Shown one piece after another: positions 50,377-60,324 of a DNA stretch of 64,000 bases. This stretch comes from Promethearchaeota archaeon (lineage in GTDB: Archaea; Asgardarchaeota; Lokiarchaeia; Sigyniarchaeales; SOKP01), in contig SHMW01000004.1 of the NCBI GenBank assembly GCA_008080735.1, forward strand, positions 51,169 through 115,168. The letters are read 5' to 3'. A model generated the notes under the pieces. The model made no database searches. It saw nothing but the letters and a program-made list of their open reading frames with translations, and had not been told where the DNA came from. The number at the start of each line of letters is the position of its first letter. Position 1 is the stretch's first letter. A program made the translations under genes and the position numbers.

Positions 50377-50754
50377 TCAAAACACACTCGCAATTTTTCC
50401 TAAAATTGTTAAAACGTTGTTATTCTTGATGGTAATAACACCCTCTGACATTCCTCTAATGAATCCATCAGTACTGCCTAAAAGATAATAAGAAGGAAGT
50501 GCTATTGCCATTTCAGCCCGAATATCTTCTAAATCTTCTTTTTTTTTAATATCTTCTAATCTTTTCATCTCGAAATTTCCATCTTTTATAATTGCTTGAA
50601 ACGCAGGAGGAGCATCTGTAATGAGAAACAAAACTGTAGCGTTGGGTATTTCACGTTCCAGAATTCCAAATTTTTTTAACGTCCATAATCCAGAATAAAT
50701 AAGAGCAGGGAAGCCGGTAAACAAGGGACACATATTTGATAGATATTGATTCAA
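50377..50754 (-). CDS. Hypothetical protein, SCP2-like
   Basis: Abuts the UROD gene; C-terminal GMSEGVITIK resembles the SCP2 tail. Confidence 0.5.
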   Translation of the reverse strand: MNQYLSNMCPLFTGFPALIYSGLWTLKKFGILEREIPNATVLFLITDAPPAFQAIIKDGNFEMKRLEDIKKKEDLEDIRAEMAIALPSYYLLGSTDGFIRGMSEGVITIKNNNVLTILGKIASVF

Positions 50755-50878
50755 AATGGTTTTAAACTTCTATTATTTAAGTCCTACCAAGTTAATTGAT
50801 GATATTTGAAATATTCAATAGTATATAAATAAGATTTATTATTTAAATAATCAAATGTTAGATTTTGAGAAAAATTTA

Positions 50879-52186
50879 TCATTCTAATTCAAATTGAATA
50901 TATTTCTCTTGCATTTTCAATAAATCATTTAAGATGCTTTCAGCTTGTCCATATGTAGATATCAATGGATCCATAAGAATCGCCTTCAGAGCAATGTCTT
51001 TAGATCTCTGAAAGATCGCCTCTAATACCAGATCCATCACGGAAACTTGAGTCTGTAAATAGCCTACCAGTTCTAACGGATATTCTCCATACTTAACTCC
51101 TTTAAGTCCATCTTTATTAACGATGGCGGGACATTCTACTACCAAATCTTCTGGAAGGTTGGTAATAATATCGTCATTCGGGATATTTACTGAAGGTTCT
51201 ACATAGTTCGAATCGGTTAAGATACCCTCTATAATCGGGATGGCGGGCTCCTCTACTGGTTTTACAAGTCTCTCTCCTTTCCCTTTTTCAATGGTTCTTT
51301 TGAGTTTCTCATAGCTATTCCTCATCATTTCCTCATACCCCTTCCAGAATGATCGGATTGCGGGAATATCTGCTTTTTCCCATGCCCAAGGAATATATTC
51401 TCCGTAATGACTGTCTGTGGTGTAAGGACAATATCCGTATTTCTCTAAAAAGAAGCCGATAAATTTAAACCCATCATAGAGATTTACCTTATAGAAAAAC
51501 TCTGGTCCTTTTCTTCGAAGCTCAGGGTAGGCGTCTTTCCCCGTATCCTTAAAATTGCATTTGGTTATAACCCCGAAATGATTCATGCCATATCCTTCCA
51601 CGTCCAAGTTGGAAACGGGCACCTCTAAAATTCGAGATAATGATGGCAAAAAATGATAAAATTCATGGCATAATCCTACAAATTTAAGAGAAGGGAATTT
51701 TCTTTTTATTGCTAAACAGACTCTTGTCATCGGATTAGAATAGTTAATAAACAAAGCATTCGGGCAAATTTTATTTACATCTTCGCATATATCAAGGATG
51801 GGTGGAATTACTCGGAGTGAATGAAATAATGCTCCTGGTCCGCCGTTCTCCCCCGAAACTTGTTTACATCCACGATTTAATGGAATTTTATAATCTTGAT
51901 CCAATAAATCAAATCGGGGTGCCACCTCAATAGAATTGATAATAAATGTGGCATCTTTCAAAGCTTCCGGACGGTCTGTGGTAGCCTCTAATTTGAAATT
52001 TACTTTCTTTTTCTTAATGGCTGCTTCACATGCTTGGCGGACTAATTCTAAATTTTTCTCATCTATATCATGAAGGCATATCGTACTCCCTTCTAATACT
52101 TCACTCTCAATTATCGTACCTACAGTTCCCATGCCGAAGGTTAATGAAGCTGCACCTACTACTGTTAGTTTTTGGTTTTTACTCAT
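50879..52186 (-). CDS. Glycoside hydrolase family 4, paralog 2
   Basis: VGAASLTF, GENGGPG, NYSNP, GLCH, GMNH. Confidence 0.9.
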   Translation of the reverse strand: MSKNQKLTVVGAASLTFGMGTVGTIIESEVLEGSTICLHDIDEKNLELVRQACEAAIKKKKVNFKLEATTDRPEALKDATFIINSIEVAPRFDLLDQDYKIPLNRGCKQVSGENGGPGALFHSLRVIPPILDICEDVNKICPNALFINYSNPMTRVCLAIKRKFPSLKFVGLCHEFYHFLPSLSRILEVPVSNLDVEGYGMNHFGVITKCNFKDTGKDAYPELRRKGPEFFYKVNLYDGFKFIGFFLEKYGYCPYTTDSHYGEYIPWAWEKADIPAIRSFWKGYEEMMRNSYEKLKRTIEKGKGERLVKPVEEPAIPIIEGILTDSNYVEPSVNIPNDDIITNLPEDLVVECPAIVNKDGLKGVKYGEYPLELVGYLQTQVSVMDLVLEAIFQRSKDIALKAILMDPLISTYGQAESILNDLLKMQEKYIQFELE

Positions 52187-52220
52187 TTTTTCTTACCTCT
52201 TTATTTTTCATATTTCATGT

Positions 52221-52817
52221 TTATAGCTCGCTTTTCAGCTTGACTTTTTCATTCTTATCAAGTATTAGAACAACCTTATCAATATCCAATTTTTCTTCGA
52301 TCAATTTATATCCGAATTCTTCCAAATACTTGATAATATAATACTTAAAGAAAATGGAGAAATTTTTGTTTAGTGAATGTTTACCCGCAATCCTTAGCGT
52401 ACTTCCATGAAAATTATAATAAAATTCTTGAAACCATCTCTGTCCTTTATTAGAAAACACTATTCTGGTTAATAATGCCATTTGAGCGCGAGCGGTAAAT
52501 TCAATATCATTTATAAGTTTAAATAATAACTCTAGTTGGTATTTGCGAGTGATTAAACCATTTTTGTACATTAGATCTGCCAGTCCCTCTAATTCGGATT
52601 CATGGAGTTTATCCAACAAAAAAGCTAATTCGTTTTTTGAGATAATCAACATTGGATTGTTTTTCATTTCGTCTCGCTGAAAAAACATGATGTAGCGAAA
52701 TAATCCATTTCGAATTAATTCACTCATAGTCAAATCCCTCTGCTTTATAATTTCATTTAAAGGTTCCAGTAGATTTGAATCAATTCTTGTCCCAATGAAG
52801 GTATCCTTTTTCTTCAT
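52221..52817 (-). CDS. Ribbon-helix-helix (CopG-like) regulator with a C-terminal domain
   Basis: TFIGTRIDSNLLEPLNEII...TMSELIRNGL. Confidence 0.65.
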   Translation of the reverse strand: MKKKDTFIGTRIDSNLLEPLNEIIKQRDLTMSELIRNGLFRYIMFFQRDEMKNNPMLIISKNELAFLLDKLHESELEGLADLMYKNGLITRKYQLELLFKLINDIEFTARAQMALLTRIVFSNKGQRWFQEFYYNFHGSTLRIAGKHSLNKNFSIFFKYYIIKYLEEFGYKLIEEKLDIDKVVLILDKNEKVKLKSEL

Positions 52818-52916
52818 TATCTTTAAATTTTTAATTAATAATATAGAATTAGTTAAACTTCCATTTAAATCTTAAATATATGTTATACAAATATGGAATA
52901 ATCAAAATCTTTCCAT

Positions 52917-54146
52917 ATGAAATCTTTTATAATACATATTTTCTTTCTACCTATAATGATTAAAGAAGATAAAAACATACAAGAAACTAAAAAGAGATTA
53001 GGTAGATGGTGGAATAACGAAGATACCGACAGACCTTGTATGGGCTATAATCATCCATTTTATGGAAAAATTATTTCCAGCCTAAATGAAGTGACGGATT
53101 TCTATATTCCATTCTGCCTGGCAAGAAACCCAGATGGAATTGAGGTGTGTTTAGACCAGTTCGAAGAGCTTAAGCAAAAAATATACTCTGGTGGTGAGAA
53201 TATCTACAGCTTCTTTCCAAATTATGGTGCGGGGTGTTTAGCCGCGATTTTAGGAATAGAGCCAGAATACCAAAAAGGTTCAAACAAATACGGAGCTGTG
53301 GGAGAGACCGTATGGTATATGGGAAAAATCCCTCCAGATAATGTGGTTTCCCACATTCGGGAGATTGAACTAAATAATGATAATGAGTGGTATGCTCGCT
53401 ATTTACGAGTAATTGAATATGCCGCGAAAAGGGCCCAAAAGGACTATACCATCGCCATGACAGATGTGGGAGGTGTGCTTGACGTACTGTCTTCGTTATT
53501 GGGACCCGAAAAGCTGATCCTCACTATGAGAAGAAATCCTGAAATAATAGACGAGTGTTGCCGATTAATATTAGAAAAAATGCTCATCCTTTATGATTCT
53601 CTTCAAGCAATTATTGATAACCATTGTCAAGGATGTGATAGCTGGCTAAATTTATGGTGTCCCGATCATTATTACCCTATTCAATGTGATTTTGCTGCGA
53701 TGTTAAACCCCAAATGGTTTAAACGTTTCGCTTTACCTTATATCGAACAACAAGCCGAGCATATGGACCATGCGGTTTATCATTTAGATGGGGAAAACCA
53801 GATCGTGCATCTGGACGATTTATTGGCTCTTGAGAGTCTCGATGGAATCCAATGGGTCCCTGGAGCTGGCAAAGAAATTACCGCAAGCTATAAATGGATG
53901 TCCCTTTATGAAAAGATCCAAGCAGCAGGTAAAAAAGTCATCCTTAATCAATTTGAAGATCCCACTCTCATCACAGAATTCTATCACAAATTAAATCCAG
54001 ATTTACTATATATCTCATGTTTCTTCTTGGATGAAATCAGAGCGGAATTTTACCTTCCCGAATTTATTGGTGGAAAAGGCGCTAAAGGAAATTTTGGACG
54101 TTATAAAAGAAAACGAAAAAAAGAACTAAGAGAGAAGGATTCATAG
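52917..54146 (+). CDS. UROD-family putative methyltransferase
   Basis: QCDFAAMLNP, YHLDG, IQWVPGAG. The start may be ATG 52956. Confidence 0.75.
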   Translation: MKSFIIHIFFLPIMIKEDKNIQETKKRLGRWWNNEDTDRPCMGYNHPFYGKIISSLNEVTDFYIPFCLARNPDGIEVCLDQFEELKQKIYSGGENIYSFFPNYGAGCLAAILGIEPEYQKGSNKYGAVGETVWYMGKIPPDNVVSHIREIELNNDNEWYARYLRVIEYAAKRAQKDYTIAMTDVGGVLDVLSSLLGPEKLILTMRRNPEIIDECCRLILEKMLILYDSLQAIIDNHCQGCDSWLNLWCPDHYYPIQCDFAAMLNPKWFKRFALPYIEQQAEHMDHAVYHLDGENQIVHLDDLLALESLDGIQWVPGAGKEITASYKWMSLYEKIQAAGKKVILNQFEDPTLITEFYHKLNPDLLYISCFFLDEIRAEFYLPEFIGGKGAKGNFGRYKRKRKKELREKDS

Positions 54147-54259
54147 ATTTTTTCTGAATTTAACTCTGTAATAATTTTAAATAATTTAGAGAATAAATCA
54201 CAATAAGATAAATATTTAGAACAAAATATAAATGCTGATAGTAGTCAAAAGATAATAAA

Positions 54260-54898
54260 ATGAATAATCTAAAGGAATTTTTGACACCAACCCGATTTCT
54301 TGATTTCAATAAGAGCAGAGTACGTAATAAAGCCTATGAGATTACGAAAGATTTAGAAAATGAAAAAGAAAGAGCAATAGCCCTATTCTATTGGGTGCGG
54401 GATAATATTCGTTATAACCAATTTGGTTTTTACATGATTCCCGCAAACTTTAAAGCGTCAACCACCCTACGCAGGGGAAATGGGTTTTGCGTTTCAAAAG
54501 CGGTTTTACTATCTGCCATGGCGCGAGCAGTCAAAATTCCAGCAAAGATTCATCTTGCAGATATTATCAATCATAAAATACCACAAAAAATAATCGATTG
54601 GATGAAAAAAGAGATTTTCTTCTTCCATGGATATAGTGAACTATTTCTTGATGATAAATGGGTTAAAGCAACTCCCGTTTTTGATGTTCGAACCTCGGAA
54701 AAAGGGGGATATCCATTAGTAGAATTTGATGGAGAGCATGATGCCCTATTGGCAAGTCATGATAAAGATGGAAAGGTTTTCGTAGAATATGTCAATGACC
54801 GAGGGACTTACGCAGATTTGCCATACGATGAGATCGAAATTGTTTTCAATCGAGAATATGCAGACGCCATAGAGGCAATCCTTAACGGCGCAAAGTAA
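54260..54898 (+). CDS. Transglutaminase-like cysteine protease domain protein
   Basis: FYWVRD, GFCVSKA, HGYSE, TPVFD. Confidence 0.88.
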   Translation: MNNLKEFLTPTRFLDFNKSRVRNKAYEITKDLENEKERAIALFYWVRDNIRYNQFGFYMIPANFKASTTLRRGNGFCVSKAVLLSAMARAVKIPAKIHLADIINHKIPQKIIDWMKKEIFFFHGYSELFLDDKWVKATPVFDVRTSEKGGYPLVEFDGEHDALLASHDKDGKVFVEYVNDRGTYADLPYDEIEIVFNREYADAIEAILNGAK

Positions 54899-55005
54899 AA
54901 TTTCCGTTTTTATCCTAATCTACCGAGTTTTAGCGTATTTTATCTTAAAAGTGCAAGTTATATAAACTTTAAAATGAATAATTCTATAAGGAACTATCCT
55001 AAACA

Positions 55006-55695
55006 TTGGAACAGAACATGGTCAAATTTGAAAAATATCTGCAAGCTTCAGATTTTTTTGATTATAACAAGAGCAGGGTAAAAAATAAGGCTTTAGAAAT
55101 AACTAAAAATAGAGAACAGAAATTAGATAAAATTAGAGCGCTTTTTTATTGGGTTAGAGACGAGATCAAATATAATATGATGTCGTACGTCCCTGAAATT
55201 AAAGCAAATTTTAAGGCATCAGTCACTTTACGTAGAGGTTATGGTTTTTGTGTCTCAAAAGCTATTCTACTCTCAACTCTTGCCAGAGCTGTGAAAATTC
55301 CTGCACGAATCCATTTAGCTGATATAATCAATCATAAGATTTCTCAAAAGGTCATAGACTTTATGGGAACCAACGTTATGTATTATCATGGCTATTCAGA
55401 AATATTTCTTGATGATAAATGGCTCAAATTAGCACCTGTTTTCGATAAGAACACAGCTCAAAAAGCGGGATTTTTACCACTTGTTGATTTCGATGAAAAC
55501 AATGATGCCATGTTCAGTAAGTATGATAACGAAGGAAATCTTTTTGTAGAATATGTTGAGGATCATGGGGTATATGATTTCTTACCACTCGAAGAGATAA
55601 AAGAAGAATTCCAAAATCAATATGGCACATTATTTGACTCTGGGTTGAATTTAAAACCTATAGAAGATAAAAAAATTACCTATAAAGGCGATTAA
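55006..55695 (+). CDS. Transglutaminase-like protein, tandem paralog
   Basis: Same motifs as the upstream gene and high identity to it. Confidence 0.88.
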   Translation: MEQNMVKFEKYLQASDFFDYNKSRVKNKALEITKNREQKLDKIRALFYWVRDEIKYNMMSYVPEIKANFKASVTLRRGYGFCVSKAILLSTLARAVKIPARIHLADIINHKISQKVIDFMGTNVMYYHGYSEIFLDDKWLKLAPVFDKNTAQKAGFLPLVDFDENNDAMFSKYDNEGNLFVEYVEDHGVYDFLPLEEIKEEFQNQYGTLFDSGLNLKPIEDKKITYKGD

Positions 55696-55704
55696 ATCTC
55701 TAAT

Positions 55705-56619
55705 CTAATCCCTAAAGTATTTTTCAGGTAACCCTAACTCGTTCAGATGGATTTGATATTTACCCAATTTGCCGCCATAATTGCCTGCAGAAATTTTCAC
55801 TAATCCCTTCATCTGTATGATCTCTTCGATCACGCTCTTCATAGTAAATTTGATGGTATCCAGGTCTAATGCGTTAAAAATAACTTCTGGAATTGATTTT
55901 ACTCCGATTGGCACCATAAATTCGTTATGCGGGATCTTATTCTTAAGTGTTGGACAATAGGGGTGATTGGTTGTTGGACCGATTTCAGGGTAATTTGTTT
56001 CGGGCTTAGAACCAGCAGAACATACATCGAACGTAGTACAAACATTATCAATTGATTCAATTACACTGACCGCTTTCCTTCCGATGTTAATTCCTGCTTC
56101 AATAGAATCACAAAAAAGCCACAAATTACCCCCCATAACTCCTTCAGCAAATTTAACATCTCTTTCTATTAGAAAATCATACCCCATCATAATTGGGACC
56201 GAAATCAAATCACGTTCATATTTTTGGATAATTTCCTCATATCCATCTCCACAATGTCCCACATTATCCATCATATCGAATTCGGTATTAACTTCCGTAG
56301 GATATGCTTCAAAAACCGCTGTGGTAGGAACCACAAGAATTCCTTGCCGAATACGCCGTCCCAGTTGGTCATATAATTTTGATATTGATTTCTCACGTGT
56401 TCCAGTTACCCATAGCTGCACAATAGCGCCGAATCTGCCATCTATGGTTTCATTTTTTTTGAGCCATTTAACAATTCCCCCTTCGGCATCACCAAATACG
56501 GTGGAGGGAAGCGCGGTAAAATTATTGACCGCACGCTTTAAAAACTGTTCATCATATGCCGTCACTTGTAATTGGACGACAAGTCCTTTAAACGCTTCGC
56601 AGAAAGCTTTTTCAATCAT
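55705..56619 (-). CDS. ftr: Formylmethanofuran:tetrahydromethanopterin formyltransferase
   Basis: FCEAF, AEGGI, RIRQGILVVPTT, GDGYE, GGN, SAGSK, TTNHPYCPTL, ISAGNYGGKLG. Confidence 0.9.
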   Translation of the reverse strand: MIEKAFCEAFKGLVVQLQVTAYDEQFLKRAVNNFTALPSTVFGDAEGGIVKWLKKNETIDGRFGAIVQLWVTGTREKSISKLYDQLGRRIRQGILVVPTTAVFEAYPTEVNTEFDMMDNVGHCGDGYEEIIQKYERDLISVPIMMGYDFLIERDVKFAEGVMGGNLWLFCDSIEAGINIGRKAVSVIESIDNVCTTFDVCSAGSKPETNYPEIGPTTNHPYCPTLKNKIPHNEFMVPIGVKSIPEVIFNALDLDTIKFTMKSVIEEIIQMKGLVKISAGNYGGKLGKYQIHLNELGLPEKYFRD

Positions 56620-56816
56620 GATTGTTCACTTTTTAATCTACTTTCAAACTAAATCTCTAATACTTTTTAGATCTACTCTCCTATTTTAATTTTTCATATC
56701 ATTCGCTTTTATTTATCATCTGGCTAATAATCTGTCAAAAGATAATAAACAATTAAATTCATAAAAAACAATATAGAATAATAGATATTACAATTAATTC
56801 GAACTTCAAAATAAGA

Positions 56817-57740
56817 ATGCCCCAAGGAATATTTATATATGAAATCGCTCCGGAATTTGGTCCAAATGTATTGGCAAAATATTTTTTAAGCGACTTAAAA
56901 ATTGACAAGGAAATTTTAGAAAAGCTAAATGAGAAACATATTGAAAAGAATTTAGTTGATGCGACGACAGAGCAGAATGGGACGCGAGTTTATTCTAGTA
57001 AATTGGAATCCGAATCCCTTGAAGATAAAAATCTTTATTTGGGTTTTATTCTCCGAGAGGATGAGGATTTAGTCTCTCTAAAGAGTATTTTTGAAAATAT
57101 GGAGCAAAATATAGTAGAAAATATCGAGTTAGATGATAAAAAACAGATGGAGACTCTTCTGAAAGACACTGTTAACTCGATACTCTCTTTAATGGATAAA
57201 CTCAAGGAACCTTCAATAATCCAAGAAACTATAAACGAAAAAACAAAAATTCTATTAGATGAAGGAAAGCTCCAAGAAGCACGAGAGTTGATTGATTTGG
57301 GAGAAGAAATACCAGGAGAATTATCAGAAACCATCAAAGAAGCAGACGAATATTACCAGAAAGAAGACTATAAAAAAGCAAAGAAGAGATTTTTAAAAGC
57401 TGCGGAATTAGCTGAAGAAATACAAGAAGAGGAGATTGTAAGGTTTCTTAAAAATAAAGCAGAGAAAGTGGGGACGTTCCCCGATTTAATTGATGAAGGA
57501 GAAGATCTTGAAGACAACGTTAAAGACATTTTCGACGATTTTGAGAAGAATCAACTGAGATTATATGATAAATTAATAGAACCCGTTGAAAGATTAATCG
57601 AAATAGCCAATACCTTCGAGGAAAACGAAAAATACGAATTCCTAATGGATTTATTGAGAAATATTAAAAAAGCGTCCAAGTTAGCTCAAGAACTTTATGA
57701 TTTAGATGAGGTGATTGCGGATCGGATGAAAAAGCTTTAA
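56817..57740 (+). CDS. uDENN/longin-like N-terminal domain plus helical repeat protein
   Basis: MPQGIFIYEIAPEFGPNVLAKY is a uDENN-longin-like start, followed by TPR/MIT-like helices. Confidence 0.55.
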   Translation: MPQGIFIYEIAPEFGPNVLAKYFLSDLKIDKEILEKLNEKHIEKNLVDATTEQNGTRVYSSKLESESLEDKNLYLGFILREDEDLVSLKSIFENMEQNIVENIELDDKKQMETLLKDTVNSILSLMDKLKEPSIIQETINEKTKILLDEGKLQEARELIDLGEEIPGELSETIKEADEYYQKEDYKKAKKRFLKAAELAEEIQEEEIVRFLKNKAEKVGTFPDLIDEGEDLEDNVKDIFDDFEKNQLRLYDKLIEPVERLIEIANTFEENEKYEFLMDLLRNIKKASKLAQELYDLDEVIADRMKKL

Positions 57741-57764
57741 AAATTTTTTCTTCTTTACATTAAT

Positions 57765-58487
57765 ATGGCAGTTGAACCTTATTCCTTTGAGTTTAATTTA
57801 TTTCTTATTCTCACAATAATCTTACTAATTGCGAAATTATTGCTTTCTTTTTATTTGGGCTTTAAAGTATATCGTAGATCTAAGGAACGGGGGGAATTTA
57901 AACTTGATTTTATGGCGAGTGTTTTAATGTTAGTAATAAGCCTTTTAGTTTCACGTATTCTTTACACTATTTTTGATTTTCAATTAACAGTTTTCAACCC
58001 GGATCTGTATTATGTAAGTCCCAACGTTGAAGTTTGGAAAATAGCTGGTCTGGTTGCTACTTTAGGTTCTTCAACAGTTTTATATGTGATTGATAAGCGT
58101 ATTCTTAAATTCCGCTTTAAGGGGATTATAGCGTACATTTTCATTATTATTAGTCTGATAAGATTTTTTCTGCCAATTAATTCGAAGGCAGATTTTACTC
58201 TTAACTCTACAATCGGCTCGATTGCTCAATTAGCCTTTTTGATTATTCCGGTAGTTTTCATATCTCTTGGATGGAAAATTCCTGATTTACGAAGGAACGC
58301 ATTTTTGGTCGCATTTGGAATAATTATCTACATATTTGGGTCAATAATCGTTTCGGAATTTATTCTCAGTCCGATTAGGGAAATATTTGGTGATGGAGGG
58401 CAAATTCTTGTATTTTTCATATTTTTAATATCGAAAATTAGCGGGCTTACGATGGCGAGCTATGGGGTAACTAAATTTACTCGCTAA
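57765..58487 (+). CDS. 7TM-type membrane protein
   Basis: About 7 TM helices; tandem paralog of the next gene (LLVSR, AFGII, YGVTxF). Confidence 0.8.
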   Translation: MAVEPYSFEFNLFLILTIILLIAKLLLSFYLGFKVYRRSKERGEFKLDFMASVLMLVISLLVSRILYTIFDFQLTVFNPDLYYVSPNVEVWKIAGLVATLGSSTVLYVIDKRILKFRFKGIIAYIFIIISLIRFFLPINSKADFTLNSTIGSIAQLAFLIIPVVFISLGWKIPDLRRNAFLVAFGIIIYIFGSIIVSEFILSPIREIFGDGGQILVFFIFLISKISGLTMASYGVTKFTR

Positions 58488-58542
58488 TTTGACACCACCT
58501 TAATAATTATACCTTTAAATAACATTATCTCATTTTTTTATT

Positions 58543-59280
58543 ATGGCTCCACTTGAACCGAATAGTCTAGAATATCAAATATTTTTAATACTCGTCATTT
58601 TACTCTTAGTGGCTAAATTGTCCTTTTCCGTTTATCTGGGAATTAAGATCTATAAGAAAACTAAAAACCAAGGGAAATTCACATTTGATTTCATTTTTGG
58701 GGTTTTCACACTTATGATCTGCCTTTTAGTATCACGATTATTATATCTTTTTTACGATTTCTTTCTCACCCAATTCAACCCAGCAAACTTTTTAGATCCT
58801 AATGCTTTAACTGTGTGGGCATTTGCCTCATTAATAAGTACCCTTGGGTATTCTGCGGCGATGTTTACCGTGGATTACCGGGTCCTTCATTTCCGTCTGA
58901 AGGGCATTTTTGCCTATATTATTCTTGGTGTAGGCATTTTTGATTTCATATACGTGATGGGAGGATTTGTAACTACAGAAGAGGCGTTTGATTTAGTGAA
59001 TGGAATTCTAATTATTTCCAATGTGCTGGCTATAATTATACCAATCATCTTCTTTTACATTGGAATCAAAACAACAGGATTGAGAAAAACTGCCTTTATA
59101 ATTGCGTTCGGAGTTATTATTTTTTCAATTGGGTCAAGTTTGGTTTTGCAACCCATTATAGCTCCTCTTCGCGATGCTTTTGGAGACACAATCCAAATTC
59201 CCATATTTTTTATGTTTTTCTTATTTAAGTTAATCGGATTAGGGATGTTTTCCTATGGGGTTACACAATTTAGCCTTTAA
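58543..59280 (+). CDS. 7TM-type membrane protein, tandem paralog
   Basis: Same pattern as 57765-58487. Confidence 0.8.
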   Translation: MAPLEPNSLEYQIFLILVILLLVAKLSFSVYLGIKIYKKTKNQGKFTFDFIFGVFTLMICLLVSRLLYLFYDFFLTQFNPANFLDPNALTVWAFASLISTLGYSAAMFTVDYRVLHFRLKGIFAYIILGVGIFDFIYVMGGFVTTEEAFDLVNGILIISNVLAIIIPIIFFYIGIKTTGLRKTAFIIAFGVIIFSIGSSLVLQPIIAPLRDAFGDTIQIPIFFMFFLFKLIGLGMFSYGVTQFSL

Positions 59281-60199
59281 ATCCTTTTTTTCCTATTTCC
59301 TTCTTTAATTTAATTTTATATGTCGTTCCCTTTGGAGGTGTGCTTGTTAATTCTATTGATCCACCATATCGCTCGAGAGTTTTTTTTACTATATATAGTC
59401 CCAATCCCAGATTACCTGTCTTACCCGATTTGAATCCTTTTTGAAATATTTTTGTTCGAACGTGTTTGGGAATTCCCACCCCATCATCGTGAAAAATAAC
59501 TATACAGAATTCTTCATCCGAATTATCTATATTTATTTCAATATTTTTAGTATTCGCATGATCTCTAACATTACGAATGAGGTTATCCATCACTGAGCTG
59601 AGCATTTCATCGGCAACTACGATGCTATTACCTTCTATTGTTATTTTTAATGAATATTTCTCTGTTAATTCCAGTAAAATTTTTCTTAGATTAATCGGTT
59701 TTAATTCAAGGTTTGGCCCAATGATTCTTTCCAACTTCCTCATTTTTTCCACTAATGTAATACTTTTTTCTGTTGTATTTTGAACTTCTTTTAGTAGAGA
59801 TTCCTTTCTTGTATTGAAGTAGAGATTGATGTTTCCCCGAATTACGGAGAGATCATTAGAGATATCATGAGTAAGTGTATCATTCATCAATTCTAATAAA
59901 TCCTTCGTGGTTTCTAAATACAAAGTTTTTTGCTTAACTTCTGAATCTAATTTTGATATTAATTTTTTCTCTAATGCGAGTTTTTCATCCATATCTTTTT
60001 TCCATCGATGTGATAAAAACATGATAATGCCTCCCGAACAACCACCAAAAATAAAAGGTACAATATATCCACGCAACAAAGTAATATCCACTCCTAAAGA
60101 AGCTTTTTGAACGGCAGAAAAAATAGTTAATGATATGGCTCCAAAACCGAATCCCAATATTAAATGCTGCTGAAATTTTTTATCCTTTAGCATATTCAC
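59270..60199 (-). CDS. 2-TM sensor histidine kinase
   Basis: HDISN, NLIRN, DDGVGI, GLGLYIV. Confidence 0.9.
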   Translation of the reverse strand: MNMLKDKKFQQHLILGFGFGAISLTIFSAVQKASLGVDITLLRGYIVPFIFGGCSGGIIMFLSHRWKKDMDEKLALEKKLISKLDSEVKQKTLYLETTKDLLELMNDTLTHDISNDLSVIRGNINLYFNTRKESLLKEVQNTTEKSITLVEKMRKLERIIGPNLELKPINLRKILLELTEKYSLKITIEGNSIVVADEMLSSVMDNLIRNVRDHANTKNIEINIDNSDEEFCIVIFHDDGVGIPKHVRTKIFQKGFKSGKTGNLGLGLYIVKKTLERYGGSIELTSTPPKGTTYKIKLKKEIGKKGFKG

Positions 60200-60324
60200 C
60201 GCACATCTGACTTGAATTTTGAGTTAGTAGATTAACACTAAAAAAGTTTAATAATCTCTATTTAAGATGGTAAAACACAAAAAAATATGATAGTCTGGCT
60301 GGTAAGATTTAACCTATTTATAGT

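Noticed and set aside
56084-56689. 201-aa plus-strand ORF and other antisense ORFs nested in genes
   Set aside because: Antisense shadows of well-supported genes (here ftr).
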